From Candidatus Woesearchaeota archaeon (lineage in GTDB: Archaea; Nanobdellota; Nanobdellia; Woesearchaeales; ARS49), in NCBI GenBank assembly GCA_017609645.1, contig JAFCDQ010000002.1, positions 65,260-129,259 of the forward strand: a DNA stretch of 64,000 bases. The letters are read 5' to 3'. This document shows positions 1 to 10,703 of the stretch, in pieces. The notes below the pieces were generated by a model. That model was not told where the DNA came from. It made no database searches and saw only the letters and a program-made list of their open reading frames with translations. Both the position numbers and the translations under genes were made by a program. Each line of letters opens with the position of its first letter. Position 1 is the stretch's first letter.

Positions 1-1004
1 GTATTAGAAACATCTGTGAACCAGCAAGAATTTAAATATTTATCAGAAACAATATAATTTAAATCAAGAATATTTTCATCATAATCCATAAAATAAACAG
101 CATTATTAACAGGATTAGTTACCATTAAACTTGGCGCGGTTAAATCTTCTGTATAACCAATTGAAACATTAAATAATCTAGACGAGAAATCAATACTGGT
201 GCTATTGAAAATAAATTTATATTGAAAATATTTATTATTTGCAATGTTTAAATTTTGAGGAGAAGAATTAGGAATATAAACAAAAGATTCTCCATTACAA
301 GTATCGTCATCACAAGAACGAACTTGTAATTTTAAATCTGTATGAGAAGCATTATATTCAACATTTACGTGAATTAAATTAGTTGAATAATATTTGCTCT
401 CATTAGCAGCAGGAAAAGTACACCTTAACCTTAAATCATCCACTTCTTCAATAGTATCAACACCATTAGCCATTAAATCACATTCAAATTCTGTTTCTTG
501 TACAGCATCTTGCACACAAATCTCAGAATCCCAAGAAGTTCCATTGTTTGTTGAAATCTGAAAACCAATCTTAGCGCCAGGATCAATCCATTTAAGATAA
601 CAATAACCAACAACAGAAAGGATTTTTGCATCTTCAGGCAAACTATCATCCCATCTCTGAACTTCAGGCCTTTCCCAAGTAAACTTATTATCTAACTTCT
701 TCACATCAGCAGTTATTGCATTACCCCACTCATCTTCAGCAAGTGTCGGCTTTAAATCTAAATTATAAATTGTAGGTAAAAATTCATTCCAAGAAATATT
801 ATTCCACTCAGTGTTCAAAGAAGCACCAAAAACCTCACTAACATATGTGCCATTTGTTGTAACATTCAACTCAACAGCATCATCCTCATAATAAGTATTA
901 AAATAAGTTCCTTGATCAAAATCAGACTGTAAAAATGTATTCCAAGTTGATGCAAAAGCTATTGTAGAAAGAGCTATGGCTAAAAGTAACCAAATCTTTT
1001 TCAT
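1..1004 (-). CDS. Secreted/cell-surface protein, partial (runs off the window start)
   Basis: Open frame not in the ORF track. ATG at 1004 follows GAGG, then a signal peptide MKKIWLLLAIALSTIAFA and beta-rich N/S/T/D sequence with an Ig-like DLTAPSLMVTNP motif. Confidence 0.75.
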   Translation of the reverse strand, partial: MKKIWLLLAIALSTIAFASTWNTFLQSDFDQGTYFNTYYEDDAVELNVTTNGTYVSEVFGASLNTEWNNISWNEFLPTIYNLDLKPTLAEDEWGNAITADVKKLDNKFTWERPEVQRWDDSLPEDAKILSVVGYCYLKWIDPGAKIGFQISTNNGTSWDSEICVQDAVQETEFECDLMANGVDTIEEVDDLRLRCTFPAANESKYYSTNLIHVNVEYNASHTDLKLQVRSCDDDTCNGESFVYIPNSSPQNLNIANNKYFQYKFIFNSTSIDFSSRLFNVSIGYTEDLTAPSLMVTNPVNNAVYFMDYDENILDLNYIVSDKYLNSCWFTDVSN

Positions 1005-1116
1005 CCTCTTTTTTAGCATTTTATCTATTACTCTTTTTAATGCTGTAATATTATCTTTTATATAAAATTCATTTATAAAGATTGCGTTAAAAAAGAAAAA
1101 AAAGAAAAAAATTAAA

Positions 1117-3075
1117 TTACAAGAACACTGCAATCACTAAAGCAATGATAGACACAAGCTTGATTAAAATATTCAAACTTGGACCAGAAGTATCTTTGAA
1201 AGGATCCCCTACTGTATCTCCAACAACAGCTGCTTTATGAGTATCAGAACCCTTTCCACCAAGATTACCTTCTTCAATATACTTCTTTGCATTATCCCAA
1301 GCACCGCCTGTGTTTGCCATCATCAATGCAAGCAAGAAACCAGTAACTAAACTTCCTGCAATCAAACCACCAAGAGCTTCTGGACCAAAAGCAAAACCAA
1401 CAATAATTGGAGCTGCAATTGCAAGCAAACTTGGAAGAATCATCTGCTTAAGTGCAGAAGTAGTACTAATCTCAATACATCTCTCATAATCAGGCTTAGC
1501 AGTGCCTTTCAAAATACCAGGATTTTTCTTGAACTGTCTTCTAATTTCATTAACCATTTCAACAGCACTCTTGCCAACAGCTCTCATAGTAAAACTAGAG
1601 AACAAAAATGGAAGCAAACCGCCAATGAATAAACCAACCATAGTTAATGGATTAATCAAATCAATAACCTGCAAATTAACTGTCTTAGCATAAGTAGCAA
1701 ACAATGCTAATGCTGTCAAACCCGCGCTGCCAATAGCAAAACCCTTACCAATAGCAGCAGTAGTGTTTCCAACAGCGTCTAAAGATTCTGCTTTTTTTCT
1801 AACAGCAGGGCCCATCTTAGCCATCTCAGCAATACCTGCAGCATTATCAGCAACAGGACCATAAGTATCAGTAGCTAAAGTAATTCCTAAAGTTCCAAGC
1901 ATACCAACAGCTGCAATAGCAATACCATAAATGCCACCAAAATAATTAGAAACAAGAATTGCAGCAGCAATCGCAATAATAGGAACTGCTGTACTTTCCA
2001 TACCAATTGCAAGCCCATTAATTATATTAGTAGCAGCACCAGTTTTGCTTGCTTTAGCAATAGTCTTAGTTGGTTTTCTCTCAGCAGACGTGTAATATTC
2101 AGTAACAATACCAATCAAAAGTCCAGCAACCAAACCTGCAATAACACAATAAAACAAACCAATACTCATACCAAGCATTTTAGTAACAACAAAATAAGAA
2201 CCAATAGCCATTAAAATTGCTGAACCAAAAATACCTCTATTCAAAGCTTTATGAGGTTTTTTACTGCTTCCAATTTTAACTAAACCAACTCCAAGAATAG
2301 AAGCAACAATACCTGTAGCGGCAATCATCAAAGGAAGCAAAACACCGTTAACAGCACCTGCAAAAAATACAGCACCTAAAGCAATAGCTGCAATAAGCGA
2401 ATCAACATAAGACTCAAACAAGTCAGCACCCATGCCCGCAACATCACCAACATTATCACCAACATTATCAGCAATCACACCAGGATTTCTAGGATCATCC
2501 TCTGGAATACCTGCTTCAATTTTTCCAACAAGATCAGCACCAACATCAGCAGCTTTTGTAAAAATACCGCCGCCAACTCTTGCAAATAACGCTATGCTGC
2601 TCGCTCCAAAACCAAACGCAAACAAAATACTAGGATCTTTGAAAATTAAATAAGCTATTGTGACACCTAAAATTCCTAAACCAACAACAATCATGCCCAT
2701 AACAGCTCCGGAACTAAAAGCAATCCACAAACCTTTCTCAATACTTTTTTTACAACCCGCAGCAGTTCTAGAATTAGCAGAAGTTGCAACCCTCATACCA
2801 ATATTACCTGCAGTAGCAGAAAGAACTGCGCCAAAAACAAAAGCAGCAGCAGTCTTAGCACTTAGAAAATAACCAAGAACAACTGCCACAATAATCACAA
2901 AAAACACTAAAATCCTGTATTGTTTCTTCAAATAACTCAAAGAACCTTTATAGATCAAATCAGAAATTTCAATCATCTTAGGGGTTCCTTTGCTTTGACG
3001 AGAAATAAAATGAGAAAGCAAGCCTGCAAACAGCAAAGCGATTGCGCCTGAAATTATTATTAAGAATAGTTCCAT
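1117..3075 (-). CDS. hppA: Membrane-bound ion-translocating pyrophosphatase, K+-dependent type (probably Na+-pumping)
   Basis: Motifs [38 protein letters not shown] and [16 protein letters not shown] carries Ala at the K+-dependence signature position. Confidence 0.97.
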   Translation of the reverse strand: MELFLIIISGAIALLFAGLLSHFISRQSKGTPKMIEISDLIYKGSLSYLKKQYRILVFFVIIVAVVLGYFLSAKTAAAFVFGAVLSATAGNIGMRVATSANSRTAAGCKKSIEKGLWIAFSSGAVMGMIVVGLGILGVTIAYLIFKDPSILFAFGFGASSIALFARVGGGIFTKAADVGADLVGKIEAGIPEDDPRNPGVIADNVGDNVGDVAGMGADLFESYVDSLIAAIALGAVFFAGAVNGVLLPLMIAATGIVASILGVGLVKIGSSKKPHKALNRGIFGSAILMAIGSYFVVTKMLGMSIGLFYCVIAGLVAGLLIGIVTEYYTSAERKPTKTIAKASKTGAATNIINGLAIGMESTAVPIIAIAAAILVSNYFGGIYGIAIAAVGMLGTLGITLATDTYGPVADNAAGIAEMAKMGPAVRKKAESLDAVGNTTAAIGKGFAIGSAGLTALALFATYAKTVNLQVIDLINPLTMVGLFIGGLLPFLFSSFTMRAVGKSAVEMVNEIRRQFKKNPGILKGTAKPDYERCIEISTTSALKQMILPSLLAIAAPIIVGFAFGPEALGGLIAGSLVTGFLLALMMANTGGAWDNAKKYIEEGNLGGKGSDTHKAAVVGDTVGDPFKDTSGPSLNILIKLVSIIALVIAVFL

Positions 3076-3196
3076 TGTAGCGAGAAAGAATTAAGCTTAT
3101 TTTTAAAAGGTTTCGATTTTATTAGAAATAATCATACTAACTTAATATTAGTAAAAAAGAGCAATATTTAAATATTATTAGAGTAATTAAGAACAT

Positions 3197-3550
3197 ATGG
3201 CTAAGAAGAAAAAAAGTCATGGTGTTCCTGAAGCTCATGCAAAATATTGTGAAGGTTGTGGGAAGAAAATACATCAAAAAGCAAGATCCTGCCCGCACTG
3301 TGGATTTACTAAAAGTCAAATTCACTCAACAAATAAAACTTTGGCTATTGTAGGTTTAGTTTTAAATATATTCATTTGGCCAGGATTAGGAACAATAGTT
3401 GGCGGCGAAGTTGGAAAAGGCATGATACAAATGATTTTATTTCTCATAGGAGTTCCTTTAATTTTTGTTATTATAGGCATTCCCATGGTTATTCTTATTT
3501 GGATTTGGGCTATAGCTTCTTCGCTAAATCAAATTAAAAGAGCAGAATAA
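3197..3550 (+). CDS. Zinc-ribbon plus TM2-like membrane protein
   Basis: CEGCG...CPHCG ribbon followed by hydrophobic helices with a WPGLG motif. Confidence 0.75.
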   Translation: MAKKKKSHGVPEAHAKYCEGCGKKIHQKARSCPHCGFTKSQIHSTNKTLAIVGLVLNIFIWPGLGTIVGGEVGKGMIQMILFLIGVPLIFVIIGIPMVILIWIWAIASSLNQIKRAE

Positions 3551-3563
3551 AAAAGAGGTAAAA

Positions 3564-4217
3564 ATGGAAATATTTAATGCTTTAAAGAAACCTTTCACTA
3601 ATCTTAAAAAATTAGGAATTGGTTTAATATTAAATTTAATTCCAATAGTAAATTTTCTTTCTTTTGGATATGTTTTAGAATGTTCTGGAGTTGGCGTTAA
3701 TAAACCCAGTAATAAACTTCCTGAATGGAAAGATTGGAGCGAGCTATTCATTAAAGGATTATTGGCAACAATAATCTCTATTATTTACTATATTCCAATT
3801 TTTATTTTATCAAAAATTTTTGTATCTGCACTAGAAATCACATATGGCAGTTCTGAAATGGTTAGTATGGCTTATTTACAACATTTAATAGATAACTTAG
3901 CAATTTTAATGCCAGCATTGATTTTAATTTCAATAGTAAATTTAATAATAAGTTACTTACTTCCTGCAGCTTTATTAAATTATTTAAAACACAGAAGTTT
4001 TTCCCAAGCCTTTAAATTTAATATAATATTTAAAAAAGTGTTTAATAGAAAATATTTCATAGCATGGCTTATTTTCACAATATTAGGAGTTTTTTTGGCT
4101 TGGTTAACTATGTTAATTTCGCATTTTTTCCTGTTTTGGCTAATTTTAAGCACAGGCATTTTCATTAAATATATTATAGGATTTACATTGTTTGGTGAAG
4201 CTTTTAGAAAAGTTTAA
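3564..4217 (+). CDS. DUF4013-like membrane protein
   Basis: IPIVNFLSFGY, LPEWxDW and ELFIKGL motifs; GAGG RBS upstream. Confidence 0.75.
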   Translation: MEIFNALKKPFTNLKKLGIGLILNLIPIVNFLSFGYVLECSGVGVNKPSNKLPEWKDWSELFIKGLLATIISIIYYIPIFILSKIFVSALEITYGSSEMVSMAYLQHLIDNLAILMPALILISIVNLIISYLLPAALLNYLKHRSFSQAFKFNIIFKKVFNRKYFIAWLIFTILGVFLAWLTMLISHFFLFWLILSTGIFIKYIIGFTLFGEAFRKV

Positions 4218-4259
4218 TTATTTTTTTTATTTTTTAATAATAAATCAAAGAAAAAAAAA

Positions 4260-5414
4260 TTAAATAAACGCATTTGGATCAAAGACAGGCGGTCTGTTGA
4301 TATTTTCTACAGTAACTGTAACATCTTTCTTAGCTTCATTACCAAAACTGTCCTTAGCTGTTATTACAACAGTATAAGTTCCTGCATCATGAAAATCAGT
4401 TGTCTTAGTGTTAGACGTCATCCAGCCAGAATACTCAACTGAAAACTCATCACCATCCGCATCAGTTATCTTAGGAGTTAAAGTAACAGTCTCGCCTTCT
4501 TTCACATTGATATTAGCAATCTCAATCAAAGGAGCTTTGTTAAGAGCCTCAATATCAATACTGAAGGTAACATCTGTTTTATCAGTATCATCGTCAGCAG
4601 TCACAGTTATTTCATAATTTCCTTCATCTCCTATTTTTGTCTGCCACTTGCCTGCTTCGTCAAAAGGAGTGCTAAAAGCAAACTTAATCTTATCGCCATC
4701 AGGATCTATAGCATTAGGTGTAACAATAACTTTGTCGCCTTCCTTAATATTAATATCCTCAATAGGATCAAGTACAGGCACTCTGTTAACATTACGCACA
4801 ATAATGTAAATCTCTTTCTCAGCAATATTCAAACCATCAGTAGCAGAAATCTTAACCTTATGACTTCCTGCATCAGTAAAAGTAGATGTTTTCTTATCTG
4901 AATTCATCCACCCAGAATATGTAGTGGTTACATTATCTCCATCAGGATCTGTAACAACAGGAGCTAACACAACTTCTTCTCCTTCTTTTGATTCAATAGC
5001 ATCAGCAATACTAATCACAGGAGCTGCATTCTGCGCATTAACTACAAGCTTGACATTTTGATCAATTTTATTCTCTCCATCACTGGCAATAATAGTAATA
5101 ATATATTCTCCTGCATCGCCAACTTTAGTCTGCCATTCACCTTTTTCATTCAAAGGTTTTGAAAAAGTATAATCAATAGGATCTCCGTCAGGATCAGTAG
5201 CTTTCAAATTAGGAAAATTCACAAAATCTCCTTCTGTAACAGTCTTAACAGGAGTATCATCAACAGGGGTTTCTGTATCTACAGATTCTAATTCAACCTC
5301 AGTCTCATTAACTTCAACGTCCTCTATATCGGCATCATCTACTGGTTTAACTTGAGGAACAGGTAGACACGCTACTAAAAACATAATCAACAAAATTGCA
5401 ATAACTTTTCTCAT
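4260..5414 (-). CDS. Lipoprotein with tandem cadherin/Ig-like repeats
   Basis: Lipobox LVAC and four repeats with DPDGD/DADGD and NxAP/NRxP linkers. Confidence 0.8.
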   Translation of the reverse strand: MRKVIAILLIMFLVACLPVPQVKPVDDADIEDVEVNETEVELESVDTETPVDDTPVKTVTEGDFVNFPNLKATDPDGDPIDYTFSKPLNEKGEWQTKVGDAGEYIITIIASDGENKIDQNVKLVVNAQNAAPVISIADAIESKEGEEVVLAPVVTDPDGDNVTTTYSGWMNSDKKTSTFTDAGSHKVKISATDGLNIAEKEIYIIVRNVNRVPVLDPIEDINIKEGDKVIVTPNAIDPDGDKIKFAFSTPFDEAGKWQTKIGDEGNYEITVTADDDTDKTDVTFSIDIEALNKAPLIEIANINVKEGETVTLTPKITDADGDEFSVEYSGWMTSNTKTTDFHDAGTYTVVITAKDSFGNEAKKDVTVTVENINRPPVFDPNAFI

Positions 5415-5479
5415 TTTGGAAACCCCCTTTAATGTTACTATCCAAAAATAAGAATTTATTATAAATAGTTTTCTATAGT

Positions 5480-6067
5480 TTAAGATATATGTTTAGAGAT
5501 GGATATTCCTAAAAGCACAAATATTGCTGTAATCACTGAACTTAAAAGAATATTCTTAACAAAATATTGAAAAAAAGTTAAAGGATAAAACTGAATCAAA
5601 ACACTATTTTGAGGAAAAAGCCACGTTCCTGAAGAAAATAAAACCTGGTGAAAGATTTGAAACAAAGGTGTAAAGGGTAGAACAATCATAAAAATTGAGA
5701 TAATGAAAACAAAAATACAACCAAGCTTCATCATTTTCCTTATATTTTGTTTTTTAGACAATAAAACATAAGACAAACAAATTAGAAATAAAACAAACAA
5801 AACAACTGTGTAAAAATTAATTGTAGATTTGACATCTTTCAAATGATTTATTTCTCTTTGGTCCTGGAAAACTTCTGGCAAATCGTCAGTGTTTTGAAAA
5901 TAATTAATCAATTTATTCGTCGGTTCAACAGCATCTTTATTTTCCAACAAATTGTTTACAAAATCAGAGTTATATAATAATGAGTTGAAGTTTAACAAAA
6001 TAATAAAACTAGTAAAACAAATCGCAACAAAAATCAATAAAAGAACTTTAACGAATTTCTGCGCCAT
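5480..6067 (-). CDS. DUF1461-like integral membrane protein
   Basis: EINHLKDVK, FQIFHQVLF, WLF and LIQFYP motifs; start overlaps the metG end. Confidence 0.7.
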   Translation of the reverse strand: MAQKFVKVLLLIFVAICFTSFIILLNFNSLLYNSDFVNNLLENKDAVEPTNKLINYFQNTDDLPEVFQDQREINHLKDVKSTINFYTVVLFVLFLICLSYVLLSKKQNIRKMMKLGCIFVFIISIFMIVLPFTPLFQIFHQVLFSSGTWLFPQNSVLIQFYPLTFFQYFVKNILLSSVITAIFVLLGISISKHIS

Positions 6068-8012
6068 CTTCAATGTCAACAAAAATATCTTCTTTGTCAG
6101 TCTTTAGAGGCTGATTATTGTAAACAGCTTTCTTGCCTTTAACTTTAAGCTTGATTTTAAAGAATTGCTCAATATTAATCTTTTCTGTTTTTGGAGTAAT
6201 ACCGTCAATATAAACCTGTGCGCCAGGCTTGCTTTTTGGAGCTTCAACCAGTCTGACTTTCTTATTTTTCTCAGCAGCAAGCAACATTCCCTGGCTTTCA
6301 ACACCTCTAAGTTTTGCAGGCTTTAAGTTTGTCACGACGACAATATTTTTCCCTTTAATTTCATTTGGTTTGATATACTGCTTTAAACCCGCGACTAAAG
6401 TTCTCTTTTCTTTCCCTAAACTAATTTTAATTATATACAAATTATCCGAATCAGGATGATTCTCGACGCTGTCAACCTTGGCAACTTTAAGATTTAAAAT
6501 AGCAAAAGGATCTTCTTTCTCACTTATTTCTAATTTCTTAAACAAAATTTCAGGTTTTTTAATTTTAATTTTCCTGTTTTTCTGAAATTTATAATCCTTA
6601 AAACTTGTAATCTTGCAATTAATTTGTTTTGCAATCTTTTCAGCAGCGTCAGGAATAATAGGATAAACCAATAATGAGATGAGTCTCAAACATTCAACCA
6701 AAGTGTAAAGAATAACTGCTTTTCTTTTTTCGTCAGCTTTCCAAGGCTCTGTCTTAGCAACATAACTATTGCATTCTTTAATAAAATCCCAAATCTTTTC
6801 AAGACATCTGTTCCACTCAAACTTATTGACTAATTCTGTTAGTTTTTTTAGGTCAGGGATTTTCTTAATCAAATCATTCTCTACTTTTGAAAAAGTTTTG
6901 ACAGCAGGAAGCTCTCCCTTAAAATAACGATTAATCATGCTTGAAGTTCTCTGCAAAAGATTTCCCAAAGAATCAGCAAGATCTGAATTAGACCTCTCAA
7001 TCAATGATTCTTCACTAAAATCCCCATCCATTCCAGCAGGAATTTCTCTCATGAAAAAATATCTCACAGAATCTGCGCCATAATTATCAATCAAATTAAT
7101 AGGATCGACGACAATTCCTCTGGATTTTGATAATTTTTCACCTTTAAGGTTTATGAAACCATGACCAAAAACAGTCTTAGGCAGTTTTAAGTCAGCAGCC
7201 ATCAAAATGCAAGGCCAAATAACAACATGAAACCACATGATATCTTTGCCAATATGATGAACATCAGCAGGCCAAAACTTCTTGAAATTCTTACCATTAG
7301 GATAACCTAATGCTGTAACATAATTCAACAAAGCATCAAACCAAACATAAATTACATGCTTAGAATCATTAGGTAAAGGAATACCCCATTTGAAAGAAGT
7401 TCTACTGACACACAAATCTTTCAAACCTTCTTTTAACCTGTTAAGAATTTCTTTCTGCCTGAACTTAGGCAGAATAAACTCAGGATGTTCTTTGATATGT
7501 TTTATGAGCTTATCCTGAAATTTGCTCATCTTAAAAAAATAACTTTCTTCCTTGATTAATTCAACTTTTTTCTTATGAACAGGACAAATATTTCCTGGCT
7601 CAAGATCTTTTTCAAGATAAAACTGTTCACATCCTGTACAGTAAAAACCCTCATAAGTATCTTTATAGATCAAGCCTTTATCAAAAACTTTCTTGAAAAT
7701 CAACTTGCAAGCTTTGATATGAGATTCATCAGTAGTTCTAATAAATTCATCATAAGTAATGTTTAATTTTTTACAAAGCTCGACAAAACATTTAGACATC
7801 TTGTCAACAAAAGCCTTAGGAGCTTGATTCGATTCTTTAGCTGTTTTTTCAATTTTCTGACCATGTTCATCTGTGCCAGTTAAGAAAAAAACATCTTCAG
7901 AATTAAGCCTGTGCCATCTAGCACAAAAATCAGCAATAACCTTTTCATAAGCATGGCCTATGTGAGGCTTTGCATTAGGATAGTCAATAGCTGTTGTTAC
8001 GTAGTATTTCAT
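6048..8012 (-). CDS. metG: Methionyl-tRNA synthetase with C-terminal tRNA-binding (Trbp111-like) domain
   Basis: HIGH, TGTDEHGQK, CTGC...CPVH knuckle, YVWFDAL, KLSKS and C-terminal NLKPAKLRGVESQGMLL. Confidence 0.97.
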   Translation of the reverse strand: MKYYVTTAIDYPNAKPHIGHAYEKVIADFCARWHRLNSEDVFFLTGTDEHGQKIEKTAKESNQAPKAFVDKMSKCFVELCKKLNITYDEFIRTTDESHIKACKLIFKKVFDKGLIYKDTYEGFYCTGCEQFYLEKDLEPGNICPVHKKKVELIKEESYFFKMSKFQDKLIKHIKEHPEFILPKFRQKEILNRLKEGLKDLCVSRTSFKWGIPLPNDSKHVIYVWFDALLNYVTALGYPNGKNFKKFWPADVHHIGKDIMWFHVVIWPCILMAADLKLPKTVFGHGFINLKGEKLSKSRGIVVDPINLIDNYGADSVRYFFMREIPAGMDGDFSEESLIERSNSDLADSLGNLLQRTSSMINRYFKGELPAVKTFSKVENDLIKKIPDLKKLTELVNKFEWNRCLEKIWDFIKECNSYVAKTEPWKADEKRKAVILYTLVECLRLISLLVYPIIPDAAEKIAKQINCKITSFKDYKFQKNRKIKIKKPEILFKKLEISEKEDPFAILNLKVAKVDSVENHPDSDNLYIIKISLGKEKRTLVAGLKQYIKPNEIKGKNIVVVTNLKPAKLRGVESQGMLLAAEKNKKVRLVEAPKSKPGAQVYIDGITPKTEKINIEQFFKIKLKVKGKKAVYNNQPLKTDKEDIFVDIEDGAEIR

Positions 8013-8072
8013 AATAGAGAATAAAATAGAAAGACTATTTAAAAAAGTTACTTAAAAAAAGAAAATAAAAAA

Positions 8073-8127
8073 CACACAAAAACTTTTACAAGTTTTCGGT
8101 GCCAGAAAAGATAAAGCTTTTCTTGGT
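8073..8127. repeat. Double-hairpin intergenic element (terminator-like or REP-like)
   Basis: AAAACTT-ttac-AAGTTTT-CGGTG then CCAGAAAAG...CTTTTCTTGG; a T-run follows on the minus strand. Confidence 0.45.
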
Positions 8128-8454
8128 TTAATTAAACTTATTGTACAGCCATGCCAGCAATACACCTAAGACAAAACCATCTACCAGTCCCCAAAGACCG
8201 CCGATAATACAGCCCTGAATACCAAGTTTAAAACCAGGGTATAGTGCTTCAAACATGCCCACAAACTGAGTTCCATAACCCCAATAAGTGGCTGCCAAGC
8301 CAATAAGCAAAACTGCTAAACCCCAAAGAATACCTAAACCAAGACCTAAAGCTCTAGGACTTAACTTGCAAGGTTTGCAAACAGCTGAAGCTATTTTCTT
8401 AACAGCTTTTTTCAGCTTTTTCCTAGCTGCTTTTTTTCTTTTTCTTTTAGCCAT
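8128..8454 (-). CDS. Small two-TM membrane protein with Lys-rich N-terminus (possibly holin-like family)
   Basis: GAGGTGA RBS before ATG 8454; ALGLGLGILWG...YPGF...GGLWGLVDG...AWLYN pattern. Confidence 0.65.
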   Translation of the reverse strand: MAKRKRKKAARKKLKKAVKKIASAVCKPCKLSPRALGLGLGILWGLAVLLIGLAATYWGYGTQFVGMFEALYPGFKLGIQGCIIGGLWGLVDGFVLGVLLAWLYNKFN

Positions 8455-8467
8455 GAAATTCACCTCT

Positions 8468-8887
8468 TTATTTCATTTTTTTTGTAATTATAATCTTTTC
8501 ATCACATTTTTCACAATTAAAAACTAAAGCATCAGCAGAAACTTTCTTTTTCTTTATCTCATCAAAGAAATGAGTCTTCTTTCTCTTGAAAGGAATTTGA
8601 ACTTCACCTTTATTTTTGCATTTAGGACAAACATATTGAATATTAGCAGTTAAAGTATCTTCATACTCTGCTTTCTCAATTATAAAATTACATTCAGGAC
8701 AAGCATATTCTTTAGCACGAATTTTGGCTTTACCTGTTTTAGGATCTCTTGGTTTGCCCATCAAAGCTTTACCGCATTTAGTACATTTTTCCTTAAAAAC
8801 CCAAACAACAGCCTTGCCGTCATTAGCGAAAACTCTTTTAGTGTAATATACACACTCATCCATGCTTTTGGGTTCTCTAAGTGCCAT
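8468..8887 (-). CDS. Multi zinc-ribbon protein
   Basis: Four CxxC pairs (CTKC, CPEC, CPKC, CEKC). Confidence 0.75.
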   Translation of the reverse strand: MALREPKSMDECVYYTKRVFANDGKAVVWVFKEKCTKCGKALMGKPRDPKTGKAKIRAKEYACPECNFIIEKAEYEDTLTANIQYVCPKCKNKGEVQIPFKRKKTHFFDEIKKKKVSADALVFNCEKCDEKIIITKKMK

Positions 8888-8960
8888 GAACAGTAAATAG
8901 CATTAGACATTTAAAAGAGTTATGGTGTACTTTATATATTAATATAAGAAAATTGATAAT

Positions 8961-9446
8961 ATGGAATATAATGCAATTTCAAGTGGATATGATGAGCTTT
9001 ATGGAGAAGAACAAATCAAGAAAGCCAGGATTATTCTTGATAATATTTCTATTAGTAAAGCAGATTGGCTGCTTGATGTTGGATGCGGCACTGGAATAAG
9101 TACTGCGATGTTTGAGTGCAATAAAATAGGAATAGATTCTTCAGAAGAATTAATTTCACAAGCAATTACTAGAATTCCTGCAATTATTGGAAAAGGAGAA
9201 GACCTGCCTTTTAATGATAATATATTTGACATAATAATTTGTTTAACAGCAATACATAATTTTGATGATTACAAAAAAGGAATACAAGAAATGAAAAGAG
9301 TCTGTAAAAAAAGCGGAAAAGTAATTATCACAATATTGAAGAAAGCAAAAGAATTTAATAATATTAAAAATTATATTGAAAAAGAACTTACAGTGGTTAA
9401 AGAAATTGATGAGGAAAAAGATTTGGTGTTGATTGCCAATCATTAA
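8961..9446 (+). CDS. Class I SAM-dependent methyltransferase
   Basis: LLDVGCGTG motif I, LPFNDNIFD and EMKRVCK. Confidence 0.9.
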   Translation: MEYNAISSGYDELYGEEQIKKARIILDNISISKADWLLDVGCGTGISTAMFECNKIGIDSSEELISQAITRIPAIIGKGEDLPFNDNIFDIIICLTAIHNFDDYKKGIQEMKRVCKKSGKVIITILKKAKEFNNIKNYIEKELTVVKEIDEEKDLVLIANH

Positions 9447-9449
9447 ACT

Positions 9450-9893
9450 ATGAAACAAAAACATTTTTTACTGTCTGTATTAATTTTATTAATTTTGATA
9501 GTAATTGTATTATTAGTATTGATATATACTCTATATCCAAAAAATCAAAGCATATTGCCTGATTCATTTACTATAAATGTTTATGGAGATTGGTCAAGCA
9601 GCGGAGGAGATCGGCTTTTTAATTCTACTTTGACTTTTGTTAATGGAAAATTAACTAATGGCTGGCAAAAATATGATTATTCTGGAACAACTGGAATAGA
9701 AAAACATTATGAATGTATAATGGATGTAAATACTCTAACTTGGAGAGGTAAAACAACACTAGACGAATGTGGATATCCTTCGCATATTCCTTTAGATTTG
9801 GCTAATTTAAGACAAAAAATTAGTTTAGGAGAGCTAAAGCCAGATGCTAAGTGTTCACATTATGATACTTGTTATAGAATATTAAAGAGTTAA
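9450..9893 (+). CDS. Membrane-anchored hypothetical protein
   Basis: N-terminal TM helix and a small extracellular domain with 4 Cys. Confidence 0.65.
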   Translation: MKQKHFLLSVLILLILIVIVLLVLIYTLYPKNQSILPDSFTINVYGDWSSSGGDRLFNSTLTFVNGKLTNGWQKYDYSGTTGIEKHYECIMDVNTLTWRGKTTLDECGYPSHIPLDLANLRQKISLGELKPDAKCSHYDTCYRILKS

Positions 9894-9935
9894 CTACAAC
9901 AAAATTTTTAAAGTAAATAAAAATCTAATTACTTA

Positions 9936-10703
9936 ATGAAAAAATTCCTAAAAGAGGTTGGTTATTGTTTTTACCCTCCTAAATATAAAGAGCTAAAAGA
10001 CAAAGGATTCAGAAACAGCTACAAATTCGCACTAAAAGTCTTATTTATGGCTTTCTTAATAGCTGCAATACTTCTTATTCCTCAATTTGCAAGCATGAAA
10101 TCAGAAATAACAAATGATCTTGCTAAAATAAATGTAGTAAACATTTCAGGTTCTTTAGAAGCAACAGACTCGATAAGCATACCTTCAACTAATCCTATAA
10201 TCACAATAGATTTAGAAAATGACCCACAATTAAACAAAGAAATTTTCCTGATAACAAAAGAAAAAATAAAATACAGATTCTTTGGAAAAAGAGAAATAGA
10301 AACAAGCAAATTAAAAAATCCTCAAGAACATAACGAAGAAGTAGGCAGATTTGCAACAAGCATAGCATTTCTATTAGTTCCTGGATTTGCAGTAATAATG
10401 TTCTTCAAAGCAGCAATAAAATATTTCTTAATAACAATATTATTCGGCACAATTATATTTTTCTTAATGGACTTAACACACTATAAGATAAAATTCAAGA
10501 AAATGCTTACAATAGCTGCTTTTGCCTCAGTGCCTATTATATTAATAGAAACAATATTTGCAGCCATAAATCCCTCATTATTATTGCCATTCATGCGATT
10601 CATAGGTTTGAATATATATACTGTCACACTTGCAATCTGGTTTGGGTATATTATAATATGCGTGATATTTCTCAAAGATAAACTAGAAAAAGAAGATGAA
10701 TGA
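9936..10703 (+). CDS. Multi-pass membrane protein (DUF1189-like architecture)
   Basis: TM, soluble loop, then several TM helices. Confidence 0.65.
   Translation: MKKFLKEVGYCFYPPKYKELKDKGFRNSYKFALKVLFMAFLIAAILLIPQFASMKSEITNDLAKINVVNISGSLEATDSISIPSTNPIITIDLENDPQLNKEIFLITKEKIKYRFFGKREIETSKLKNPQEHNEEVGRFATSIAFLLVPGFAVIMFFKAAIKYFLITILFGTIIFFLMDLTHYKIKFKKMLTIAAFASVPIILIETIFAAINPSLLLPFMRFIGLNIYTVTLAIWFGYIIICVIFLKDKLEKEDE

Noticed and set aside
8128-8454. Provirus suggested by holin-like, S74 fibre and Zot-like genes
   Set aside because: These genes are scattered among housekeeping genes, with no capsid, terminase or integrase.
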